From Bacteroidota bacterium (lineage in GTDB: Bacteria > Bacteroidota > Bacteroidia > Bacteroidales > UBA12077), in NCBI GenBank assembly GCA_042584405.1, contig JBHOSR010000003.1, forward strand, positions 1-61,720: a DNA stretch of 61,720 bases. The letters are read 5' to 3'. The notes under the pieces were generated by a model. It ran no database searches, was not told the origin of the DNA, and saw nothing but the letters and a program-made list of their open reading frames with translations. Made by a program: the position numbers and the translations under genes. Position 1 is the stretch's first letter. Each line of letters starts with the position of its first letter. Shown in pieces: positions 1 through 7,338 of this stretch.

Positions 1-26
1 GATATAAGGAAGGCGAGATTCCAGAA
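1..26 (+). repeat. Direct repeat copy A (gatataaggaaggcgagattccagaa). It may extend upstream beyond the window edge.
   Basis: Identical to 3784-3809. Confidence 0.8.
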
Positions 27-59
27 GGTTTTATGATAAATCCTGTTTTTACAAAATAA
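1..59 (+). pseudogene. 3' end of an ORF entering from upstream (...YKEGEIPEGFMINPVFTK*). Nt 1-26 are identical to 3784-3809 inside the MetH-activation-domain-like gene and then diverge. Probable truncated duplicate or rearrangement scar.
   Basis: Manual translation of frame 3 to TAA at 57-59. Exact 26-nt match read directly from the sequence. Confidence 0.3.
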
Positions 60-71
60 AATTATCTAAAA

Positions 72-695
72 GTGAAAAATGTTTATATAATCATTTTAAT
101 AGGACTGCTAATCACGTCCTGTTTGCCTGGAAGTATGATAGAAGGAAAAATCATATTGGAAAATGATAGTTTAAATGTATCATTTAATATACCTGCAAGA
201 ACTTTTAAAGACGAACCTCATTTTGAAGAAATGCAATATGAAATAAGTTTTATTAATGAAGAGGGAGAAGTAAAGACTTTAAGCCCAAATGAGCTAAAAG
301 CGATAGAGTTTTCTTACAATAACAGTATGTATAAAATGGTATCGGTTAAAAATACTTTTGAAGACAGTAAACTAACACACCTATTACTAAAACTGGAAAT
401 TGATGGTCCCTTGAAACTGTATTCATACTGGAATAAAGGAAGTTCCAGCACTATGTATAATCCTGCAAATGGGGGTGTTTCCGGTGGGCGCAATACTACT
501 GAAAAAACTTTTATGCTGCAAAAGGAAAATGATAAACCGTTCCCAGTAAAGACTCTTTCTTTTAAAAAGCGAATGATTAACTACTTTAATGATTGTCCAG
601 AATTATGTACAAAAATTGAGAGCCAGGAATTTCGAAAAAGAGATATTAAGGCTATTGTCAATTATTATAATTCCAGTTGCAAAACAAATAAATGA
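72..695 (+). CDS. Hypothetical lipoprotein (GTG start, signal peptide ending LITSC).
   Basis: ORF track. N-terminal hydrophobic segment plus lipobox Cys. No recognisable family. Confidence 0.55.
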   Translation: MKNVYIIILIGLLITSCLPGSMIEGKIILENDSLNVSFNIPARTFKDEPHFEEMQYEISFINEEGEVKTLSPNELKAIEFSYNNSMYKMVSVKNTFEDSKLTHLLLKLEIDGPLKLYSYWNKGSSSTMYNPANGGVSGGRNTTEKTFMLQKENDKPFPVKTLSFKKRMINYFNDCPELCTKIESQEFRKRDIKAIVNYYNSSCKTNK

Positions 696-715
696 AATAG
701 TAATAATAAAGGTAC

Positions 716-748
716 AAAAGGACTTCTAGTTTCTTAGAAGTCCTTTTT
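716..748. terminator. Bidirectional rho-independent terminator between convergent genes.
   Basis: AAAA-GGACTTCTA-loop-TAGAAGTCC-TTTTT, a 9-bp stem flanked by A and T runs. Confidence 0.7.
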
Positions 749-772
749 CTTAATTATTTTTGTTATTACGAT

Positions 773-1918
773 CTACATTATTGTTTCTTCTGATATTTCC
801 CAATTAACACCTCTTTCTTTCAATCCTTTCTTCATATATTCGACACATTCCGGGCATTTACCCATATATTCGGGAGGAGATATTCCTTTATGAGTATAAA
901 GTCCATCGGCCATCATCCTAATTGCCATGGTAGCTGTATAACCAGTAGTTCTTGCCATAGAAATTACATCAGTTTCAGGATCATATTTATCAAACATATC
1001 AATTGTATATTTGATTTTTTTCCCATTCTTTATTCCTTCAATGATGGATTGAAAAATAGTGATATCGCCTTCACCCTGTTTCAGTTTCCAGTTTGGAAAC
1101 AATACTTGTGCTGTCATTTCAAGCGGACTAATTTTATTACCTTTAATATTAATAGTTTTTTCTTTTGAAAAGAAACCAAGTTCGCGTAACACCGACATCT
1201 TTTCAATATGTCCAGGATACCTTAGTGTCTTCTCTTTCATGTTTGGTGCTTCAATAGTTTGAGCCAAGGTTCTCAATCCATCGGTATTAAATGCTTCTAA
1301 AGTACCTATTTTCGGAAAAAATATATATTCCGGATCTGATAATGCTGGACGTACGATTTCGTAACCATTTTCTATATAACGAGCAGGCCGAATATATTCT
1401 TCAATTACATCAATTGGAGAAAAAACAGCTTTATACTCGCTTGGCCATTCTCTAATTTCAGGTAATCCACCAACAAATGTTAAAATATTATCTACCTTAT
1501 CCAGTTGCTGAGCTACATTCATAATCAATGCACTGCCCATTCCGGGATAAACCCCGCAATCCATAATCATGGTCACATTATTCTCTTTGGCTAACTGATC
1601 AAGTTCGAAAGGATCTTCTTCGTAAAATGCAATACAAGCACAATTTTTACCTGCTCTTATTATTGCTTTGGCAGTTTCAAATCCCATAAAACCCGGAACT
1701 GCATTGACAACGAGATCATAATCGCTCGCTAGTTTTGTTACATCCTCAGGATTTGATAAATCTTTTTGAAGTTTTTTTATTTCGGGACATTCAGCCTGTA
1801 CTTTATCTAAAGCTTCATTACTAAAATCTGCAACAGTTACTTCAAATCTTTCTTCTTTATTTAAATCTATTGCCATTGGTGCTCCAACCAAGCCAGCACC
1901 TAAAACTACAATTTTCAT
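773..1918 (-). CDS. Saccharopine dehydrogenase family NAD(P)-binding oxidoreductase.
   Basis: N-terminal Rossmann motif MKIVVLGAGLVG. Length and overall pattern are typical of saccharopine/carboxynorspermidine dehydrogenase-like proteins. Confidence 0.75.
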   Translation of the reverse strand: MKIVVLGAGLVGAPMAIDLNKEERFEVTVADFSNEALDKVQAECPEIKKLQKDLSNPEDVTKLASDYDLVVNAVPGFMGFETAKAIIRAGKNCACIAFYEEDPFELDQLAKENNVTMIMDCGVYPGMGSALIMNVAQQLDKVDNILTFVGGLPEIREWPSEYKAVFSPIDVIEEYIRPARYIENGYEIVRPALSDPEYIFFPKIGTLEAFNTDGLRTLAQTIEAPNMKEKTLRYPGHIEKMSVLRELGFFSKEKTINIKGNKISPLEMTAQVLFPNWKLKQGEGDITIFQSIIEGIKNGKKIKYTIDMFDKYDPETDVISMARTTGYTATMAIRMMADGLYTHKGISPPEYMGKCPECVEYMKKGLKERGVNWEISEETIM

Positions 1919-2132
1919 ATTTTCTTTTATTTAATTAATACTCTGATTGAAAGTGATTTCTTAAAGTCGCTGTTTTATAATCCAGAAAAGCGATTTATAT
2001 AGGACACAAGAATAGAAGAATTAATATGCTTTTTAAAGCCTTTAAGTCTGTAAGATAGATTTTTCATTAACCCAAATATACTCATAATTTAAAAGTCGCT
2101 TCCTTTAATTTTAAATAATTGACTAATATTTA

Positions 2133-2140
2133 TATATTTG
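2133..2140 (+). promoter_or_regulatory. Candidate Bacteroidota -7 promoter box (TATATTTG, matching TAnnTTTG) for the corrinoid operon.
   Basis: Motif lies 16 nt upstream of the ATG at 2156. Confidence 0.3.
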
Positions 2141-2155
2141 GATATAATCAATATT

Positions 2156-2821
2156 ATGGATACAATTCTCGAAAAACTATCAAATTGTGTTGAGAGGGGA
2201 AAAGTTGATAAAGATGCTTTATTCCCTCCTGACATGAAAGACTTGCCTGGATCTGATGAATTAACTCTTGCTGCTATTCAAAATAAAATTCCTCCTGAAG
2301 ATATTCTTAACCTAGCCCTAATACCGGGAATGGAACGTATAGGATTAAAATTCAAAGAAAATAAAGTTTTTGTTCCGGAAGTATTAATGGCTGCAAAAGC
2401 AATGTCAAAAGCAATGGAACATCTAAAGCCTTTTTTTCAAAAAGGAATTGCCAAACAAAAAGGAACTTTAGTAATAGGAACCGTAGCAGGCGATTTACAT
2501 GACATTGGAAAAAACCTTGTTTCTGTAATTGTTGAAGGAAGTGGCTGGGAAATTATTGATTTAGGTACAAGCGTAACAACCGAAAAGTTTATTGAATTTG
2601 CAAGTAAGTATCCTGATTGCTATGTTGGTTTATCAGCACTTCTTACTACTACTATGATAAACATGGAAGCTACAACCAAAGCTTTAAAAAACAAATTTCC
2701 GAATATTAAAATCTTGATTGGTGGAGCACCAGTTACTAAAGAGTTTTCGAAAAAAATAGGTGCTGATTTTTATGCACCAGATCCTCAAGGAGCATTAGAA
2801 TATTTAAATAAAATAACATAA
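2156..2821 (+). CDS. Methyltransferase cognate corrinoid protein (B12-binding cap plus Rossmann B12-binding domain).
   Basis: DxHxxG motif GDLHDIGKN (nt 2492-2509), then SALLTTT and LIGGAPVT motifs. I prefer the ATG at 2156 over the TTG at 2138. Confidence 0.85.
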   Translation: MDTILEKLSNCVERGKVDKDALFPPDMKDLPGSDELTLAAIQNKIPPEDILNLALIPGMERIGLKFKENKVFVPEVLMAAKAMSKAMEHLKPFFQKGIAKQKGTLVIGTVAGDLHDIGKNLVSVIVEGSGWEIIDLGTSVTTEKFIEFASKYPDCYVGLSALLTTTMINMEATTKALKNKFPNIKILIGGAPVTKEFSKKIGADFYAPDPQGALEYLNKIT

Positions 2822-3711
2822 TGATTGATTTATTCGAAAAAATCAAATCACAAAAAATTCTATTAGCTGATGGAGCTTGGGGAACCATGCTTTTTGAGAA
2901 AGGATTGCAGCAAGGAGAATGTCCTGAATTATGGAATATTACAAATAAAGAGAGGGTATTTGACATAGCAAAGCAATATGTTGCAGCAGGTTCTGATATA
3001 GTAGAAACAAATAGTTTTGGTGGTTCAGTTATAAAACTTGAGCATTATAATTTAGGATCAAGAACTGAAGAAATAAATATTGAAGCAGCGAACATATCAA
3101 GAGAAGCCGCAGGTAATGAGAAATTAGTTTTTGGATCAATGGGACCTTGTGGAAAAATACTAATTATGGGTGACGTAACTGAAGATCAAATTTATGATTC
3201 TTTTAGTCTCCAAGCGAAATCCCTTGTAAAAGGGGGTTCAGATGCACTTATTATTGAAACAATGACTGCTTTGGATGAAGCTTTAATTGCTATACGAGCT
3301 TGTAAAGAAAATACATCTGTTCCAATAATTTGTACTTTTACTTTTGATAAAACTATAAATAATGATTACAGAACAATGATGGGGATAAGCCCAGAAGAAA
3401 TGTGTAAAGCACTCATAAGTGCAGGTGTTGATGTGGTTGGATCTAACTGTGGAAATGGTTTCGATGGAATGATAGAAATTGCTAAAGAATTAAGAAAAAT
3501 AAGCTCCAAAATTCCTATTATGATTCAAGCCAATGCAGGCATGCCTGAGTTAGTAGAAGAAAAAGTTGTTTATCCGGAAAAACCAGATGAAATGGCAGAA
3601 AAAATACCAGCATTAATTAACCTAGGAGTTAGTATAATAGGGGGTTGTTGTGGAACAACGCCAGCTCATATCTCAAAATTTTCTCAAATCATAAATCAAT
3701 TTGCACATTGA
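2821..3711 (+). CDS. Homocysteine S-methyltransferase-domain protein (MetH N-terminal/BHMT-like Zn-dependent thiol methyltransferase).
   Basis: Zn-ligand pattern VGSNCG ... GGCCGTTPAHI. The ATG overlaps the upstream TAA (TAATG). Confidence 0.85.
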   Translation: MIDLFEKIKSQKILLADGAWGTMLFEKGLQQGECPELWNITNKERVFDIAKQYVAAGSDIVETNSFGGSVIKLEHYNLGSRTEEINIEAANISREAAGNEKLVFGSMGPCGKILIMGDVTEDQIYDSFSLQAKSLVKGGSDALIIETMTALDEALIAIRACKENTSVPIICTFTFDKTINNDYRTMMGISPEEMCKALISAGVDVVGSNCGNGFDGMIEIAKELRKISSKIPIMIQANAGMPELVEEKVVYPEKPDEMAEKIPALINLGVSIIGGCCGTTPAHISKFSQIINQFAH

Positions 3712-4391
3712 TCAATATAAAAGAATTCTCTATAAACCTTAACGAAATTAATATCAATCCAAAAGATATTAGTAAAATAATCGGATATAAGGAAGGCGAG
3801 ATTCCAGAAATGATTGACCAGGAGATTGAATCCGTACTGTCTGAAATTAATAAAAATTGTAGTTTAAAAGGTGGATATAGAATAATTGAAAATGTTCAGT
3901 TTGATAAAGAATCTACTATAGTTCAAAATATAACATTTCATACAAAAGGAGTAATTACTAATTTTTTAAAAGGTAGCGATTCGATCGCTATTTTGGTATG
4001 CACAGCGGGTAAAGAAATAAGTGATTGGACAAACAACTTATTTAAAGAAAATAATTCTCTTAAAGCTTATGTTGTTGATGTTGCTGCTTCTATTATGGTT
4101 GAAAAAGCTGCCGATGTTGTACAAAGTAGAATCGAAAAGCTTATAAAATCAAATCTCAAGAAAATTACAAATCGATATAGTCCTGGATATTGTGATTGGG
4201 AGTTAAAAGAACAATTTAAACTTTTCTCACTCTTACCAGATAATTTTTGTGGTATTCAATTAAATGAAGAAGCTCTTATGCTACCAACAAAATCGATTAG
4301 TGCAATAATAGGTATTGGTAACAAAGTTGAAAAAAAGGCATATCAATGTGATGTATGCAACAGGAAGGACTGTATTTATAAGCTTAAATAA
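3708..4391 (+). CDS. Stand-alone vitamin-B12-dependent methionine synthase activation (reactivation) domain-like protein.
   Basis: RYSPGYCDWELKEQFKLFSLLP ... GIQLNEEALMLPTKSISAIIGIG resembles split-MetH activation subunits. Proposed TTG start at 3708 overlaps the upstream TGA. There is no in-frame ATG near the N-terminus. Confidence 0.65.
   Translation: MINIKEFSINLNEININPKDISKIIGYKEGEIPEMIDQEIESVLSEINKNCSLKGGYRIIENVQFDKESTIVQNITFHTKGVITNFLKGSDSIAILVCTAGKEISDWTNNLFKENNSLKAYVVDVAASIMVEKAADVVQSRIEKLIKSNLKKITNRYSPGYCDWELKEQFKLFSLLPDNFCGIQLNEEALMLPTKSISAIIGIGNKVEKKAYQCDVCNRKDCIYKLK
3784..3809 (+). repeat. Direct repeat copy B, identical to nt 1-26.
   Basis: Exact 26-nt identity. Confidence 0.8.
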
Positions 4392-4418
4392 AGTTATACA
4401 TTTAATAATCTAAAAATT

Positions 4419-5852
4419 ATGAATCCTGCTAATATATCCGAAATTGTAAAACCTAACTTGTCTTTGCTCAGCGAAGAACAAATTAATAATGTGCATGAAT
4501 TTTCGATAAAAATTTTAGAAGAGACAGGAATTAAAGTTGAATCAAAATCTGCCCTCCAAATATTTGCTAAATCGAATGCTGTAAAAGTTAAAAATGATAT
4601 TGTTTTTATTCAGCGCGAAATTATTGAGCATTCAATAAAGTTTGCTCCTAAAACTGTTGATATTTATGATAAAAAAGGTAAGGTGTCTTTTAATTTAGGG
4701 AATAATAATGATACCTTTTTCGGTATTGGTGTTACAAATACCAATTATCAAGATATTGAAACAAATAAAATTCGGCCATTCACACGCAAACATCAACAAA
4801 ACTGCACCAAATTAGGCGATTTACTAAATAATTATGATACAGTTTCAACCATAGGAATTCCATCAGATGTTTCGGCAGATAAAATGGATTTGTACAATAC
4901 TGTCGACATGTATGCAAATACCACAAAACCATTAATTCTTTTAATCTCTGAAGGTGAAAACATTAATAAAGTATTTGATCTACTTTCAAACTTGCATGGT
5001 GATATTTCTAACAAGCCATTTATTATACCTTATTTTAATCCTATTACACCTTTAGTATTTAATGAAGCTACAAGTGATAAAATGATAGCTTCTATTAATA
5101 GTAATTTTCCAATTATTTTCTCTAACTATAGCATGTATGGTGCTACTTCTCCTATTACAGAAGGTGGTTCATTGGCTTTGCTAAATGCTGAATTGCTTGC
5201 AGGATTAGTTTTCAGTCAATTAATTAAAGAAGGTAGTCCTATTATTTTAGGTAGCTTGCCTGCTTCCTTTAATATGACATCCATGGGAAGTAATTACACT
5301 ACTTCTTCATATTTATTGAATTTGGCTTGTGCAGAAATGATGCTTTTCTATTCAATACCACATTGTGGAACATCGGGAAGTGGAAAAGCATGGGGCCCTG
5401 ATTTAATTGCAGCTGGAGAATATTGGATGAATCATATAACAAGCTGTATAGGAAAAGCTGGTTTAGTTCCATTTGTTGGTGGAAGTTTTGATTCCATGGC
5501 ATTTTCTCCTGCAAGTGCAGTATTTTCAGATTTTATAATTGGCGAAACTAAAAAGCTCTCCAAAGGCTTCATCTTAAATACTGAGACAGTAGATCTTGAA
5601 GAAATTAAATCAATTGGACATGGTGGTAATTATCTTACCTCAAATCAAACGCTTCAATCATTATCAAATTTTGGAGAAACGAATAAAATATGGCCATCGT
5701 TAAACATGCATTCATGGGAAGAATTAGGATATCCTGAAGCAAAAAAATATTTAATCGATCATTCCAAAGAATTATATAATCAAGCTGAATCATTAGTGAA
5801 GGAAAATATAGATGTAATAAAAAAAGGAGAAGAATTCATTAATAGGCTTTAA
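4419..5852 (+). CDS. Trimethylamine methyltransferase (MttB) superfamily protein, non-pyrrolysine type (substrate:corrinoid methyltransferase).
   Basis: N-terminal pattern LSEEQINNVHEFSIKILEETGIKVES...FAPK and the ~477 aa length are typical of the MttB family. The ORF is uninterrupted, with no in-frame TAG. Confidence 0.8.
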   Translation: MNPANISEIVKPNLSLLSEEQINNVHEFSIKILEETGIKVESKSALQIFAKSNAVKVKNDIVFIQREIIEHSIKFAPKTVDIYDKKGKVSFNLGNNNDTFFGIGVTNTNYQDIETNKIRPFTRKHQQNCTKLGDLLNNYDTVSTIGIPSDVSADKMDLYNTVDMYANTTKPLILLISEGENINKVFDLLSNLHGDISNKPFIIPYFNPITPLVFNEATSDKMIASINSNFPIIFSNYSMYGATSPITEGGSLALLNAELLAGLVFSQLIKEGSPIILGSLPASFNMTSMGSNYTTSSYLLNLACAEMMLFYSIPHCGTSGSGKAWGPDLIAAGEYWMNHITSCIGKAGLVPFVGGSFDSMAFSPASAVFSDFIIGETKKLSKGFILNTETVDLEEIKSIGHGGNYLTSNQTLQSLSNFGETNKIWPSLNMHSWEELGYPEAKKYLIDHSKELYNQAESLVKENIDVIKKGEEFINRL

Positions 5853-5868
5853 GAAGAAAATTCTCTTT

Positions 5869-7185
5869 ATGCAAAAAGCTAATCCCGGCGAACAGTCCAA
5901 GATAGGTTTTTGGACAAGCACATCACTTGTAGTAGGAAACATGACAGGTTCTGGAATTTTCCTTCTTCCTGCTGCTCTTGCATTTTATGGTGGAATTAGT
6001 CTCTTCGGTTGGCTTTTTACTACAATTGGTTCAATTTTTTTAGCCCTGGTTTTTGCTCGATTAAGTAAAATCATACCCAAAGCTGGTGGTCCGTATGCTT
6101 ATGCACGAGAAGGTTTTGGCGATTTTGCAGGATTTATTGTGGTATGGGGTTATTGGGTTTCCATTTGGTGTGGAAATGCAGCGATTTCTGTTGCTGGAGT
6201 TGGTTATTTGTCGGTTTTTATTCCTGTATTAAAAAATAATAATTTTCTATCGGGAGCATTGGCAATTCTTGCGATTTGGATTTTCACGTATATCAACTCA
6301 ATGAACATCAGAAAAGTTGGTAAAGTACAAATTGTTACAACTATTCTAAAAATAATTCCATTAGTTGCATTTGGCACAATTGGCTTTTTATATTTTAAAG
6401 TTGAGAGCTTTACACCATTTAATGTGAGTGAAAAATCAACTTTCGATGCTATAACAAGTTGTGCTGCCTTAACGTTATGGGCTTTTTTAGGCCTTGAGTC
6501 AGCTACTATACCATCAGATAAAGTTAAAAATTCCCAAAAAACAATTCCAAGAGCAACTATTACAGGAACATTAATCGCTGCTATAATTTATATTTCGGCT
6601 ACTATGGCCGTAATGGGAATTATTAGTCCTTTTGAATTACAAAAATCTTCTGCTCCATTTGCCGATGCAGCCAAGGTTGTTTGGGGAAACTGGGGATTAT
6701 ATATAGTAGCGATCGGAGCTGCTATTTCTTGTTTTGGAGCACTAAATGGTTGGATATTGATACAAGGCCAAATGCCTTATGCAGCAGCCAAGGATAAGTT
6801 ATTCCCTGAAAGATTTCAAAAAGTTTCCAAAAAAAATGTCCCTATATTCGGAATCATCTTTGCAAGTATTTTGGCTACTATACTGGTATCAATGAATTAT
6901 ACTAAAGGATTAGTTGGCATGTTTTCTTTTATGATTATGCTTGCAACATTAACTGTACTATTCCCTTATGTGTTATCATCATGTGCTGAAATAACGATTT
7001 ATTTTAAGAAAAAAATCAAAGTACCCAAAAAAACTTACATTTCAGTATTATTCATTTCTATTCCTGCCCTCCTCTATTCAATTTGGGCTGTAATTGGGTT
7101 GGGTTTTGAAATTATTTTATGGGGAGTTTTACTTTTATTATTTGGTATTCCGATTTACCTAATTTTAAACTTTAAAAGAAAATAA
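5869..7185 (+). CDS. APC-superfamily amino acid/amine permease (basic amino acid/polyamine antiporter-like).
   Basis: About 12 hydrophobic segments. N-terminal motif VVGNMTGSGIFLLPA ... GGPYAYAREGFG is typical of AdiC/PotE-like transporters. Confidence 0.8.
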   Translation: MQKANPGEQSKIGFWTSTSLVVGNMTGSGIFLLPAALAFYGGISLFGWLFTTIGSIFLALVFARLSKIIPKAGGPYAYAREGFGDFAGFIVVWGYWVSIWCGNAAISVAGVGYLSVFIPVLKNNNFLSGALAILAIWIFTYINSMNIRKVGKVQIVTTILKIIPLVAFGTIGFLYFKVESFTPFNVSEKSTFDAITSCAALTLWAFLGLESATIPSDKVKNSQKTIPRATITGTLIAAIIYISATMAVMGIISPFELQKSSAPFADAAKVVWGNWGLYIVAIGAAISCFGALNGWILIQGQMPYAAAKDKLFPERFQKVSKKNVPIFGIIFASILATILVSMNYTKGLVGMFSFMIMLATLTVLFPYVLSSCAEITIYFKKKIKVPKKTYISVLFISIPALLYSIWAVIGLGFEIILWGVLLLLFGIPIYLILNFKRK

Positions 7186-7282
7186 ATCTTCTAAACGAGC
7201 GAAGTAATATCATCCCAATTGCCATAGGAACATGTTGAAAATTTTCGTTTGCCGAAGGTATAAAGGAATGAACTCCCCAGAC

Positions 7283-7316
7283 AAAAAAGACTTCTAGAAA
7301 ACTAGAAGTCTTTTTT
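7283..7316. terminator. Bidirectional rho-independent terminator.
   Basis: AAAAAA-AGACTTCTAG-aaaa-CTAGAAGTCT-TTTTTT, a 10-bp perfect stem. Confidence 0.8.
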
Positions 7317-7338
7317 AATATAAATATTTATAAAACTG

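Noticed and set aside
890-1262. Antisense or overlapping ORFs of 60-122 aa inside larger genes. Those listed in the track start at 890, 1059, 2736, 4832, 5299, 7382, 8491, 8528, 15131, 19141, 20874, 21232, 21787, 22188, 25490, 26661, 27601, 28897, 29498, 36234, 37172, 38845, 41675, 42584, 43079, 44826, 49715, 50586, 50901 and 61184.
   Set aside because: Each lies entirely within, or mostly opposite, a longer ORF with clear family motifs. Their translations are low-complexity (rich in F, I, L, S and K) and are typical shadow ORFs of AT-rich DNA. None has a recognisable motif.
3645-3707. N-terminal extension of the activation-domain ORF (MLWNNASSYLKIFSNHKSICT...).
   Set aside because: It overlaps the 3' end of the Hcy-methyltransferase gene in another frame, and its first codon is not an ATG. 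The conserved domain begins after the TTG at 3708, which overlaps the upstream stop.
4419-5852. Possible pyrrolysine (in-frame TAG) in the MttB-family gene.
   Set aside because: The ORF is continuous for 477 aa with no in-frame amber codon. No pylTSBCD-like genes are in the window. This is a non-Pyl member.
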